DNA from: Bacteroidota bacterium
GTDB taxonomy: Bacteria; Bacteroidota; Ignavibacteria; Kapaibacteriales; UBA2268
DNA length: 64,000 bases
Assembly (NCBI GenBank): GCA_048267165.1
Contig: JBLWYD010000012.1
Span: 18,466 to 82,465, forward strand
Direction of reading: 5' to 3'
Both the position numbers and the translations under genes were made by a program. The notes below the pieces were generated by a model. The model saw only the letters and a list, made by a program, of their open reading frames with translations, searched no databases and was not told the origin of the DNA. The number at the start of each line of letters is the position of its first letter. The stretch's first letter is position 1. Shown piece by piece: positions 19,271 through 29,671 of this stretch.

Positions 19271-20680
19271 ATGAAAATAGAACAAATATACACAGGATGT
19301 CTGGCACAAGGTGCCTACTACATCACTTCGAACGGTGAAGCGGCGATAATAGACCCTTTGCGTGAAACAAAACCATATATAGAAAGACTAGAAAATGATG
19401 ATGTAAAATTGAAATACATTTTCGAGACGCATTTCCATGCTGATTTTGTTAGTGGGCATTTAGATTTGAGTAAGCAAACAGGAGCACCAATTATATTTGG
19501 CCCAACTGCTCAACCAGAATTCGAAGCTATTGAAGCCAAAGACGAACAGATTTTTCCACTCGGGGACATACAGATAAAAGTACTGCATACGCCTGGGCAC
19601 ACTATGGAAAGTACGTCTTATCTATTGATAGATGAGAATGGTAAAGAAACGGCTCTATTTAGTGGGGACACACTTTTCTTAGGAGATGTAGGAAGACCTG
19701 ACCTAGCACAGAAATCAGCTAGTATGACTCAAGACGAGTTGGCTGGGATGCTTTATGATAGCTTGAATAATAAGATTTTGCCATTGCCAAACGATTTGAT
19801 AGTTTACCCTGCACACGGTGCAGGCTCAGCTTGTGGTAAAAACATGATGACAGAAACCGTTGATACATTGGGGAATCAAAAGAAGGTGAATTACGCACTG
19901 AACCAACCCAATAAAGAAGCATTTGTCAAAGCAGTTACAGATGGATTAACTGCACCACCTGCTTACTTCGGATTGAATGTAGCTATGAATAAGAAGGGCT
20001 ACGAGAATTTTGATGTTGTATTGGATCAAGGGATGACAGCCCTATCAGTTGATGATTTTGAAGAAGTAGCAGAGAATAGTGGAGCGCTTATTTTAGACAC
20101 TCGTAGCAGTAGCGACTTCGCCAAAGGATATATACCACAATCCATAAATATAGGCATAGACGGTGATTTCGCTCCTTGGGTAGGGTCGATGATAGTAGAT
20201 GTCAACCAACCAATTCTATTGGTTACTGACAAAGGTAGAGAAGAAGAATCTATAACTAGACTGAGCAGAGTAGGATTCGACAATGTATTGGGTCATCTGA
20301 AAGGTGGTATAGAAGGATGGGAAGGTAAAGAAAAAGATACTGTAAATAGAATTACTCCTGTACAATTTGCCCAAGAAGTAAAAATAGGCGAAAGTAAAGT
20401 AGTTGATATCCGTAAGGAAAGTGAGTACGAAGCAGAACATATCGATGAAGCGTTCAGCAAGCCATTGGCTTATATAAACAATTGGATAAAAGATGTTAAC
20501 CCTGAAGAACATTTTTACGTTCATTGTGCTGGTGGTTACAGAAGTATGATAGCAGCAAGCATCCTGCAAGCAAGAGGGTATAGGAACTTCACTGAAGTGG
20601 AAGGTGGATTCGAAGCAATGGCTGAAACCAATATTCCTAAAACAGATTTCGTATGTCAAACAAAAGTATATAAACAATAA
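19271..20680 (+). CDS. MBL-fold persulfide dioxygenase-rhodanese fusion (CstB/Blh-like)
   Basis: GCLAQ, ETHFHADFVSGH, HTPGHT, GDTLF.GDVGRPDL, PAHGAGS.CG; two rhodanese domains, active-site HCAGGYRS. Confidence 0.93.
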   Translation: MKIEQIYTGCLAQGAYYITSNGEAAIIDPLRETKPYIERLENDDVKLKYIFETHFHADFVSGHLDLSKQTGAPIIFGPTAQPEFEAIEAKDEQIFPLGDIQIKVLHTPGHTMESTSYLLIDENGKETALFSGDTLFLGDVGRPDLAQKSASMTQDELAGMLYDSLNNKILPLPNDLIVYPAHGAGSACGKNMMTETVDTLGNQKKVNYALNQPNKEAFVKAVTDGLTAPPAYFGLNVAMNKKGYENFDVVLDQGMTALSVDDFEEVAENSGALILDTRSSSDFAKGYIPQSINIGIDGDFAPWVGSMIVDVNQPILLVTDKGREEESITRLSRVGFDNVLGHLKGGIEGWEGKEKDTVNRITPVQFAQEVKIGESKVVDIRKESEYEAEHIDEAFSKPLAYINNWIKDVNPEEHFYVHCAGGYRSMIAASILQARGYRNFTEVEGGFEAMAETNIPKTDFVCQTKVYKQ

Positions 20681-20703
20681 TAACAAATATAGAGTGATTT
20701 AAT

Positions 20704-21018
20704 ATGATAGGAATATTCAAAAGCATATTCGGCGAGAAAGACAATAGTCAGTTAATTAGTGCTATAGATGAGGGTGCGTATATAGTAGATGTGAGAAGCC
20801 CAGCTGAATTCAACGGTGGCAGCGTAAAAGGAGCGGTTAACATTCCTTTGGATTCTGTACCAAGTCAATTATCCAAGTTCAAGGGAAAAAAAGGTGTAGT
20901 CGTATTTTGCCAAAGTGGTGGTAGAAGTGGCGTAGCAAAAGGAATTTTGGAGAAAAATGGCATTCCGAATGTAATAAATGGCGGTGGCCACAGTAACATG
21001 TGCAAATGCATTAAATAG
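20704..21018 (+). CDS. Rhodanese domain protein (PspE-like)
   Basis: VDVRSP.EF.GG.V.GA.NIP, FCQSGGRS, NGGG. Confidence 0.92.
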   Translation: MIGIFKSIFGEKDNSQLISAIDEGAYIVDVRSPAEFNGGSVKGAVNIPLDSVPSQLSKFKGKKGVVVFCQSGGRSGVAKGILEKNGIPNVINGGGHSNMCKCIK

Positions 21019-21025
21019 ATAATAA

Positions 21026-21088
21026 AATTTCGATTACCCCATAATCACTTCAAAGCCCTGACGTAGAAATACGGATGGGCTTTGTTGT
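21026..21088 (+). repeat. 63-bp direct repeat, copy 1 (contains terminator-like hairpin)
   Basis: aatttcgattaccccataatcacttcaaagccctgacgtagaaatacggatgggctttgttgt; 62/63 identical to 27438-27500. Confidence 0.95.
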
Positions 21089-21209
21089 GTATATACAATT
21101 ATACAATTTTTAAATTCAAACCCGACATTGTCATTTAATAATTAACAAAATTATGATACAAACGTATTATTGTTTTGTTATTGACTAATTAAGAACATAG
21201 TTTTGCATT

Positions 21210-21575
21210 ATGATTTTTATCACAAGAATAATTTTTGTCCTTTCCTTCCTGAATTTTATAATTCTAGGAACGGGTGGTTTACAAATTGTTTCTGTAAGCA
21301 ATAGCAACCTAGTTAATATAACTAGTGGTTTCCAAAAAGATATAAATTCACACCAAATCTATGAAACTAATGGTAGATTTGACACTAATTCTGAGATACC
21401 TCTTTTAAATTTAAAAGAACCGGATGAAATAAGTCTTAGTAAAACACTACGTAGCTCATCATTTAAAGAAATTACATTTAATTATGTTTTAGTTAAGTAC
21501 TCCTCTGAGATTTTCAGAAAATTCTCTTTCAATAGCGAGTCAAAGTACTTGCTCCATCAAACTTTTCGGTTATAG
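21210..21575 (+). CDS. Hypothetical leader-type ORF upstream of RND operon
   Basis: Signal-like N-terminus, low-complexity middle, C-terminus 'YLLHQTFRL*'. Confidence 0.55.
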   Translation: MIFITRIIFVLSFLNFIILGTGGLQIVSVSNSNLVNITSGFQKDINSHQIYETNGRFDTNSEIPLLNLKEPDEISLSKTLRSSSFKEITFNYVLVKYSSEIFRKFSFNSESKYLLHQTFRL

Positions 21576-21711
21576 ATACACTCGAAACTAATAGGGATTA
21601 ACCTCTCGAATTATCATAAGAACTTATACTTGTTAAGTTATTTAATTTTTAGAAATAATAATTTCTAGAATACTATTTGTGTATTTATAAATCAAAACGA
21701 AAATCAAAAAA

Positions 21712-22806
21712 ATGAAAGTAATCAAATTTATGATTAGTGCATTAGCACTTATCAGTCTGTATAGTTGTCAATCTGAAGCACATAGCGAAAATGAAGCTCA
21801 CGAAGCAAAAACTAAATATGTTGTAACAAGCCCTATGAAGGCAGACACTACAATTATCAAAGATTATGTATGTCAAGTACATTCTTTTCAACATATAGAA
21901 CTAAGAGCATTAGAAAAAGGATATTTACAAAAAATCTATATTGATGAAGGTCAAGCTGTAAAAAAAGGACAATTAATGTTCCAAATTATGCCTAATCTGT
22001 ACAATGCAGAACTAAAGAAAGCAGAAGCTGAAGCAAACTATGCAAACATAGAGTATAAGAATACTAAGACACTTGCCGATAGTAATATAGTGTCCCAAAA
22101 TGAATTAGCACTTACAAAAGCTAAATATGAAAAAGCGTTAGCAGAAGTTCAACTTGCAAAAGTTCACCTTGGTTTTACAGAGATAAGAGCTCCATTTGAT
22201 GGTATAATGGGTAGATTCCACGTTCGGGAAGGAAGTCTTTTGGATGAAGGTGAATTACTAACTACACTTTCTGACAACAGTGAGATGTGGTCTTACTTCA
22301 ACGTACCCGAGGCAGAGTATTTGGAATACACAGCTAAAGAAAGACTAAATAAAAGCCTAGAAGTAGAACTACTTATGGCTAATCAAAAGCTATATGATTA
22401 CCCTGGTATCGTAAAAGTAATAGAAGCAGATTTCAATAACGAGACCGGTAATATTGCTTTTAGAGCGACATTCCCAAATCCAAATAAATTGCTCAGACAC
22501 GGCGAAACTGGGAATATCCAAATAAAAATGCAATTAGATAATTCTTTGATAATACCTCAGAAAGCTACTTTCGAAGTATTAGAGAAAAAGTATGTCTATG
22601 TAATAGGTAAAGACAATAAGCTAAAGGCAAGAGTGATTACAATTGCCGATGAATTACCGCACTTGTATATAATTAAGAGTGGTTTAGACATAAATGACAA
22701 AATTCTTTTAGATGGTTTAAATAGAGTAAAGCCGAATCAGAAAATTGCATATAATTTTTTGAAGCCGCGAAAAGCTATTTCTGGCTTAGAACTCTATTCA
22801 GAATAA
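21712..22806 (+). CDS. RND efflux periplasmic adaptor (MFP), lipoprotein
   Basis: Lipobox LYSC; 'DEGQ.VKKGQL.F', 'I.APFDG', 'ETG.I.FRA.F.NP..LL.HG'. Confidence 0.93.
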   Translation: MKVIKFMISALALISLYSCQSEAHSENEAHEAKTKYVVTSPMKADTTIIKDYVCQVHSFQHIELRALEKGYLQKIYIDEGQAVKKGQLMFQIMPNLYNAELKKAEAEANYANIEYKNTKTLADSNIVSQNELALTKAKYEKALAEVQLAKVHLGFTEIRAPFDGIMGRFHVREGSLLDEGELLTTLSDNSEMWSYFNVPEAEYLEYTAKERLNKSLEVELLMANQKLYDYPGIVKVIEADFNNETGNIAFRATFPNPNKLLRHGETGNIQIKMQLDNSLIIPQKATFEVLEKKYVYVIGKDNKLKARVITIADELPHLYIIKSGLDINDKILLDGLNRVKPNQKIAYNFLKPRKAISGLELYSE

Positions 22807-22838
22807 TAATATAATCCATATAAACTAAAGGAAATAAT

Positions 22839-25800
22839 ATGTTTAGTAATATAATACATAGACCCGTATTTGCTATTGTAATATCGATTATAATAGTATT
22901 TACTGGCTCGTTAGCAATTAAACAATTGCCAATTTCACAATTCCCAGAAATTGCTCCCACAACTGTCAATATATTCATCGCTTACCCCGGTGCAAGTGCC
23001 GATGTACTAGTGAAATCAACATTGATTACATTAGAGAACGCAATCAATGGTGTTCAAGGTATGCGATATATGGCTACGGACGCTACAAGTGCTGGCGAAG
23101 CTACGCTCCGTATTATCTTTGAACCAGGTACCGACCCAAATACGGCAGTAATAAGGGTGAAGACAAGGGTGGATCAGGTAATGCCGTTACTGCCAGATCT
23201 AGTGCAAAGAGAAGGAGTTATCATAACTCCAATCCAACCAAGTATGTTAATGTATGTGAACTTATATAGCAAAGACAATAAAGTTGATGAAAAATTCCTT
23301 TATAACTATGCTGATGTTCACATGATACCAGAGCTGAACAGGATAAATGGTATAGCTAGATCTCAGATATTAGGGAGTAGAAAATACGCAATGCGTATAT
23401 GGCTGAATCCTGAAAGAATGCGGGCTTACAATATCTCAGTTAACGAAGTAATGGAAGCACTTCAAGAGCAAAGTATAATCGGTCGCCCAGGTAGATTGGG
23501 GCAAAGCTCTGGTATATCTTCGCAGTCGTTAGAGTATGTACTAACTTACAAAGGAAGATTCAATGAGTCGAAAGAATACGAGAATGTGATTATACGAGCA
23601 AATGCCGAAGGTGAAAGTATTCACTTAAAAGATGTAGCCAAAGCGGAATTAGGATCAGAGTTCTTTGATATTTACTCTAACTTAGATGGTCACCCTGCTG
23701 CGTCTATCGTGCTAAAACAAAATATCGGTACTAATGCTAGTGATGTAATCAAGGAAGTAAAAGAAGCTCTAAAAGAAATGAAAACTAGCTTCCCTGATGG
23801 CGTCGATTATAAAATAAGTTATGATGTATCCAAATTCTTAGATGCATCGACAGAACAAGTTATTGATACTCTACGAGATGCATTTATACTGGTAGCGATT
23901 GTTGTATTCGTATTCTTAGGAGATTGGAGGTCAACATTAATTCCAATTATAGCAGTACCTGTATCGCTGATTGGGGCATTTTTTGTAATTCTCATTTTTG
24001 GATTATCTATTAATCTAGTTACACTTTTTGCACTGGTGCTTGCCATTGGGATTGTAGTAGATGATGCGATAGTAGTAGTAGAGGCAGTACATGCCAAAAT
24101 GGAAGAAGAAAACCTTCAACCATATCATGCCGTCAAGAAAGTAATGGGAGAGATAAGTGGAGCCATAATAGCTATTACACTAGTTATGGTTTCTGTATTT
24201 TTACCTATTTCTTTTATGTCAGGCCCAGTAGGTACTTTCTACAGACAATTCTCTATTACAATGGCAAGTGCTATTATACTCTCAGCAATTGTCGCACTAA
24301 CTCTAACACCTGTTTTATGTGCAATGATATTAAAAAATAATCACGGCAAACCAGTAAAAAAATCTCCCATTAGTTGGGTGATTGGTAAATTCAATAATAC
24401 CTTTGACAAAATGACAAATAAATATGTTTGGGTATTAAGATACATTGTCAATAAGAGATTTGTAACTTTCGGAATAGTAATACTATTTAGTTTAGGAATA
24501 TTATATGTGAATAATATACTACCTTCTGGGTTTATTCCCGGCGAAGATCAAGGTACAATCTATGCAATCATCCAGACTCCCCCAGGTTCTACATTGGAAA
24601 GAACAAACGCTGTATCACGACAATTGCAAGAGATTTGTGAAGAAATAGACGGAGTTGAATCTGTTACATCACTTGCTGGGTACGAGATTATGACCGAGGG
24701 TCGTGGCTCTAATGCTGGTACTTGTCTTATCAACTTGAAAGATTGGTCAGAAAGGAAGCACTCGGTACACGAGATAATGGAAGAACTGGAAGAAAAATCT
24801 AAGAATCTAGGTGCTATCGTTGAGTTATTCGAACCGCCAGCGATACCGGGTTTTGGTTCATCTGGTGGTTTCTCTATGCGATTGCTAGATAAAAATACGA
24901 CTACTGACTATCAAGATTTCGACAAGATAAATCAAAAGTTTATGGAAGACCTAGGTAAGCGTAAAGAACTTACTGGTTTGTTCACTTTTTTTGCAGCTAA
25001 TTATCCTCAATTCGAATTAGTAATAGACAACGAATTGGCAATGCAAAAAGGTGTATCCATTGGCGATGCTATGGAGAACCTAAATATTATGATAGGTAGT
25101 ACTTACGAGCAAGGATTCATTAAATTCGGTAGATTCTTCAAAGTCTATGTGCAATCTGACCCAAAATTCAGAAGATTACCATCTGATATATTGAACCTGT
25201 TCGTAAGAAATGATCATGGCGAAATGGTCCCTTATTCAGCATTTATGAAAATGGTGAAAACTCAAGGGCCGAATGAGATAACACGATACAATATGTACAA
25301 TTCAGCTGCTATACAAGGACTACCAGCCAAAGGATTTACAACTGGTGAGGCAATAGAAGCAATAAAAGAAGTAGCCAAAGAAACGCTACCTAATGGGTAC
25401 GACATTGCTTGGGAAGGTCTATCGTATGACGAATCGAACAGAGGGAACGAAGCAGTTATAATATTTCTGATTGTTCTTATATTCGTTTATTTAGTACTTG
25501 CTGCTCAGTATGAGAGTTTCGTACTCCCGTTAGCTGTTTTATTATCATTACCAGTTGGTATCTTCGGATCGTTCCTTGTGCTCAAACTAATGGGACTTTC
25601 GAATGATATTTATGCTCAAGTTGGGTTGATAATGTTAGTCGGATTACTTGGTAAAAATGCGGTACTAATAGTAGAGTTTGCCGTCCAAAAACGAAGAGAA
25701 GGATTTACTTTATATGATGCAGCTATTGAGGGGGCAAAAGTTAGGTTTAGACCTATTCTGATGACTTCTTTTGCATTTGTAGCTGGTCTAATACCTCTCG

Positions 25801-26000
25801 TACTCTCAAATGGAGCTGGAGCTATAGGAAATAAAACTATCGGTGGGTCATCACTCGGAGGTATGGTATTAGGTACAGTATTTGGTGTATTAGTTATACC
25901 CGGACTTTACTTTTTCTTTGCTAAACTAATAGACGGAAAGAAATTAATACAAGATGAATATGATAGTCCGCTATCTGAAGGAGAAGGTAAACATGAATAA
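22839..26000 (+). CDS. RND efflux permease, HAE1/AcrB family
   Basis: RPVFA.VISI, LP.SQFP.IAP, AIGIVVDDAIVVVE, LTPVLCA, KNA.LIVEFA, RFRPILMTS. Confidence 0.96.
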   Translation: MFSNIIHRPVFAIVISIIIVFTGSLAIKQLPISQFPEIAPTTVNIFIAYPGASADVLVKSTLITLENAINGVQGMRYMATDATSAGEATLRIIFEPGTDPNTAVIRVKTRVDQVMPLLPDLVQREGVIITPIQPSMLMYVNLYSKDNKVDEKFLYNYADVHMIPELNRINGIARSQILGSRKYAMRIWLNPERMRAYNISVNEVMEALQEQSIIGRPGRLGQSSGISSQSLEYVLTYKGRFNESKEYENVIIRANAEGESIHLKDVAKAELGSEFFDIYSNLDGHPAASIVLKQNIGTNASDVIKEVKEALKEMKTSFPDGVDYKISYDVSKFLDASTEQVIDTLRDAFILVAIVVFVFLGDWRSTLIPIIAVPVSLIGAFFVILIFGLSINLVTLFALVLAIGIVVDDAIVVVEAVHAKMEEENLQPYHAVKKVMGEISGAIIAITLVMVSVFLPISFMSGPVGTFYRQFSITMASAIILSAIVALTLTPVLCAMILKNNHGKPVKKSPISWVIGKFNNTFDKMTNKYVWVLRYIVNKRFVTFGIVILFSLGILYVNNILPSGFIPGEDQGTIYAIIQTPPGSTLERTNAVSRQLQEICEEIDGVESVTSLAGYEIMTEGRGSNAGTCLINLKDWSERKHSVHEIMEELEEKSKNLGAIVELFEPPAIPGFGSSGGFSMRLLDKNTTTDYQDFDKINQKFMEDLGKRKELTGLFTFFAANYPQFELVIDNELAMQKGVSIGDAMENLNIMIGSTYEQGFIKFGRFFKVYVQSDPKFRRLPSDILNLFVRNDHGEMVPYSAFMKMVKTQGPNEITRYNMYNSAAIQGLPAKGFTTGEAIEAIKEVAKETLPNGYDIAWEGLSYDESNRGNEAVIIFLIVLIFVYLVLAAQYESFVLPLAVLLSLPVGIFGSFLVLKLMGLSNDIYAQVGLIMLVGLLGKNAVLIVEFAVQKRREGFTLYDAAIEGAKVRFRPILMTSFAFVAGLIPLVLSNGAGAIGNKTIGGSSLGGMVLGTVFGVLVIPGLYFFFAKLIDGKKLIQDEYDSPLSEGEGKHE

Positions 26001-27432
26001 GCTAAAATTATCAATAACGACTACGACTGTAGGCATAATTCTGTTCTTGTCATCTTGCTCTATCCCTAAGGTTGAGCAACGAGAAGCGAATGAGAAAGTA
26101 CCAGAGAGTTTTTCTAATTCATTGGATACTAATAATTCGGCTAAAACGAATTGGCGAGAATTTTTCACTGATACGTACTTGACTAATCTTATTGATTCGG
26201 CTTTAGTGAATAACCAAGAGCTGAACATAATGACTAAAGAGATAATGATTTCTTCCAACGAGATAATGGCAAGAAAGGGCGAGTATATGCCTTCGGTGAA
26301 TCTGAATGCTGGTGCTGGTGCTGAGAAAGTAGGACGATACACAAGCCAAGGTGCAAATGACGCGAATACTGAAATCAGCGAAGGACACGAATTTCCAGAG
26401 CCGCTGACCGACCTCAGACTTTCGGCTGATGTATCTTGGGAGCTTGATGTTTGGGGAAAATTGCATAATGCTAAAGATGCGGCTACCAAAAGATACTTAT
26501 CATCCATCGAAGGTAGGAACTTTATGGTAACGCAATTAATAGCAGAAATAGCTAACTCGTACTATGAGTTAGAAGCACTTGACAATCAACTCAAAATATT
26601 AGAAGAAAATATTGAGATACAACAAAACGTTCTTAGAACTGTGAAGCTACAAAAAGAAGCTGGTAAAGTAACCGAACTTGCCGTGAAAAAGTTTGAAGCA
26701 GAAGTTCTGAAAAACAGAAGTCTTATCTTCAATTTCAAGCAAGATATAACAATAACTGAAAACAGGATTAACTTCCTGCTTGGTAGATATCCTCAGAGGA
26801 TAGAGCGTAGCTCCGATCAGTTTACTACTATTGTACCAACTGCTATGAGCACTGGCATACCATCAGCACTATTGCAAAATAGACCTGATATAAAGCAAGC
26901 AGAGTTGGAGCTGGAAGCTAATAAGCTAGATGTAGAATCTGCAAGAGCTAATTTCTATCCTGCGTTCCGTATCACTGGTAGCGTTGGCTATAACTCATAT
27001 AATCCTAGTTCGCTATTCCAAACGCCGGAATCTATGCTATACGGATTGGTTGGCGATATGGTAATGCCGCTGCTGAATAGAAATGCAATAGAGGCACAAT
27101 ACCTAAATGCGAATTACAGCCAAATGCAATCTGTATATAATCTGGAAAGAACTATACTGAATGCCTATGTGGAAGTATCTAATCAGCTATCGAATATAGA
27201 TAATCTGGCGAAAAGCTATGAGATGAAATCACAACAAGTAGATGCACTGATTCAATCAACTTCAATTGCGACTAATCTATTCAACTCCGCTAGAGCAGAC
27301 TATATGGAAGTAATGCTAACTCAGAGAGACGTACTTGACGCTAGGTTCGAGCTAATAGAGAACAAGAAAAAACAACTGAATACCTTAGTGATATTATACA
27401 AATCACTAGGTGGAGGTTGGGATACTAACTAG
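25993..27432 (+). CDS. TolC/OprM-family outer membrane factor, lipoprotein
   Basis: Lipobox LSSC; 'W..FF.D..L..LI..AL.NN', 'SWELDVWGKL', 'G.P..LL.NRPDI..AE', 'LY..LGGGW'; ATG 25993 gives the signal peptide. Confidence 0.94.
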   Translation: MNKLKLSITTTTVGIILFLSSCSIPKVEQREANEKVPESFSNSLDTNNSAKTNWREFFTDTYLTNLIDSALVNNQELNIMTKEIMISSNEIMARKGEYMPSVNLNAGAGAEKVGRYTSQGANDANTEISEGHEFPEPLTDLRLSADVSWELDVWGKLHNAKDAATKRYLSSIEGRNFMVTQLIAEIANSYYELEALDNQLKILEENIEIQQNVLRTVKLQKEAGKVTELAVKKFEAEVLKNRSLIFNFKQDITITENRINFLLGRYPQRIERSSDQFTTIVPTAMSTGIPSALLQNRPDIKQAELELEANKLDVESARANFYPAFRITGSVGYNSYNPSSLFQTPESMLYGLVGDMVMPLLNRNAIEAQYLNANYSQMQSVYNLERTILNAYVEVSNQLSNIDNLAKSYEMKSQQVDALIQSTSIATNLFNSARADYMEVMLTQRDVLDARFELIENKKKQLNTLVILYKSLGGGWDTN

Positions 27433-27437
27433 TATTT

Positions 27438-27500
27438 AATTTCGATTACCCCATAATCACTTCAAAGCCCTGACGTAGAAATACAGATGGGCTTTGTTGT
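27438..27500 (+). repeat. 63-bp direct repeat, copy 2
   Basis: Identical to 21026-21088 except one g/a difference. Confidence 0.95.
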
Positions 27501-27560
27501 ATATAGCAAATTTATTTCGTATTTTTAAATACTTTATATTACTAAACTAGAGAGAAAAAT

Positions 27561-27932
27561 ATGGATTTAGGAGCATTTTCGGTAAGTCTAAGCGTTAAAG
27601 ATTTGAATGCGTCGAAGGAATTTTACGAAAAATTGGGTTTCAGCGAGATGGGTGGTGGATTAGAGATGAACTACCTTATAATGAAAAATGGGACTACACT
27701 TATAGGGTTATTCCAAGGAATGTTTGATGGTAATATATTGACATTCAACCCAGGTTGGGATACTATTGGAGAAAATCTAGACCCTTATGATGATATTCGT
27801 GTTATACAAACAGAGTTGAAAGCTAAAGGTGTAACTTTGGTTAACGAAGTAGCTGATAATACTGAAGGTCCAGCAAATATAGTTTTAACTGACCCCGATG
27901 GTAATGTAATACTGATAGATCAGCATAGGTGA
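27561..27932 (+). CDS. VOC/glyoxalase family protein
   Basis: FS.SL.VKDL.AS..FYEKLGF, IGLFQGMF..NILTFNPGWD, DPDGN.ILIDQH. Confidence 0.9.
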   Translation: MDLGAFSVSLSVKDLNASKEFYEKLGFSEMGGGLEMNYLIMKNGTTLIGLFQGMFDGNILTFNPGWDTIGENLDPYDDIRVIQTELKAKGVTLVNEVADNTEGPANIVLTDPDGNVILIDQHR

Positions 27933-27960
27933 GTAGGAATTTACTTTACACAATTACACC

Positions 27961-29310
27961 TTACCCAATCACGGGTAGTTTGAATCGCTTAGTAGGAGTG
28001 CGTTTGACTTCTGTACGCAGCTCTGTTAGTTCACCGAATACTCGGCTCTCTATCATATTATTGATTTGAATTTTATGTGGGACTTGCGGCAAATCAGCAG
28101 GTGCTGGGAATATTACATTGACGTAATTCTCCGTCCAACCGCGCCACATACCGTTTTGCTCATTATACATTTCTGGAATGACAACTCGCTCAGTTCCTAC
28201 TTGTGATTCGTCAAACTCCAATCGCTTTCTATCCGATAGATCGCGTAACTGATGGGTTCTCTCTTTACGAACTTCGTGAGGAACAACTCCGTCATAGTTT
28301 ATCGCCTTAGTATTCTCACGCTCTGAGTATGTGAAAACGTGTAAATAAGTAATTGGCAGCCCATTTAGAAAATCATAAGTTTCTTTTGCTAGCTCATCAG
28401 TCTCCCCTGGGAAACCTACTATTACGTCAACCCCTATGCAGCAATGAGGCATTACTTCTTTTATTCGCAACACCAAATCGTGGTAATATGTAGCTTTGTA
28501 TCTTCTTTTCATCATTCGCAATAATTCCTGCGAGCCAGATTGCAATGGAATATGGAAATGAGGTACTATGTTCTTCGAGTTTGCAACTACTTCCAGAACA
28601 TCTTCAGTTAACAGATTCGGCTCAATAGATGAGATACGAATACGCATATCGCCAGATTTTTCGTCAATCAATTTCAGAGCATCTACGAATTTCATACCAT
28701 CATCAGTCTTGTAATCACCAAGATTAATACCTGAAAGTACTACTTCTCGGTAACCATCATTAATTAGCCCTTGCATTTCCTTTTCAATCTGGTCATAAGG
28801 CATACTACGGCTATGACCACGAGCCAAAGGAATAGTACAGAATGAACAATGATAATCACATCCATCTTGGATTTTCAGTACGGCACGAGTACGACCCGAA
28901 TTGTCCGAAACTGCAGATGTGTGAAAAGGTGCATCATCTAAATCAGAGACGAAAATCTCTGTTTGAGCATTCTTATTAAAGTTTTCTATCAGGTTAGGAA
29001 TTTCAAATTTATGCTTCGTACCTATTACAGCATCAACGCCCTCTATCTTAGCTAGCTGTTCGGGTTGCAGTTGAGCATAGCACCCAAGTACACCCACAAA
29101 CGCATTCGGCGAACGGCGAAGAGCACGGCGAACAATTTTTCTACAATCAGCATCGGCCCGATGAGTAACAGTGCAAGTATTAACAAGCACAATGTCCGAT
29201 TTCTCTTCGAAATCAACAACAGTATGACCCAACTCCTCGAATTGCTTTGCTATTCGAGAAATGTCCGCGAGATTGACTTTGCAGCCCAGATTATAGAAAC
29301 TAATATTCAT
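27961..29310 (-). CDS. mtaB: tRNA t6A37 methylthiotransferase MtaB
   Basis: LGCKVN, NTCTVT, GCYAQL, radical-SAM KIQDGCDYHCSFC, RISSIEP, HIPLQSG, DVIVGFPGET, HVFTYSER. Confidence 0.95.
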   Translation of the reverse strand: MNISFYNLGCKVNLADISRIAKQFEELGHTVVDFEEKSDIVLVNTCTVTHRADADCRKIVRRALRRSPNAFVGVLGCYAQLQPEQLAKIEGVDAVIGTKHKFEIPNLIENFNKNAQTEIFVSDLDDAPFHTSAVSDNSGRTRAVLKIQDGCDYHCSFCTIPLARGHSRSMPYDQIEKEMQGLINDGYREVVLSGINLGDYKTDDGMKFVDALKLIDEKSGDMRIRISSIEPNLLTEDVLEVVANSKNIVPHFHIPLQSGSQELLRMMKRRYKATYYHDLVLRIKEVMPHCCIGVDVIVGFPGETDELAKETYDFLNGLPITYLHVFTYSERENTKAINYDGVVPHEVRKERTHQLRDLSDRKRLEFDESQVGTERVVIPEMYNEQNGMWRGWTENYVNVIFPAPADLPQVPHKIQINNMIESRVFGELTELRTEVKRTPTKRFKLPVIG

Positions 29311-29557
29311 TACTTTGTACGATTTTAATTCATTGCAAACAAAAGAACTACCAAATTACGAGATTATTTTGGAATAAGGAAAGAAAAAGGAAGATTGGTG
29401 ATTTAAACAAAAACCTTATCCCTCCTACTTGCCTGCCAAGCTGTAGGCATGGGCTGTCTCATAATCGTCAGAATCAGGATTGACAAGATTTAAGAATTTC
29501 TAGGAAGGTATTTAGTATAACTGCAGAGACTATTGTATACGTTTCAATAGTCTCTAA

Positions 29558-29665
29558 CTACCTATCAACTTCCCTGGGAAGTACTATATCTCCCTCACCG
29601 CATTAGACAGCGAAGGAAATTATAAAATCTATCTAAAAGATGAGGTGGTTGAAGTGGTTGAGTAG
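29558..29665 (+). pseudogene. Start-less C-terminal gene remnant, PKD/Ig-like
   Basis: LPINFPGKYYISLTALDSEGNYKIYLKDEVVEVVE* begins right after hairpin agagactattg...caatagtctct. Confidence 0.35.
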
Positions 29666-29671
29666 TAAAAC

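Noticed and set aside
21026-21088. 63-bp repeat as a tRNA fragment or known riboswitch
   Set aside because: No T-arm or cloverleaf and no aptamer I recognise; it lies 3' of genes, so it is kept as a direct repeat/terminator
16373-27500. Genomic island integrated at tRNA-Glu
   Set aside because: No integrase and no duplicated tRNA 3' end was found; core gene mtaB follows soon after
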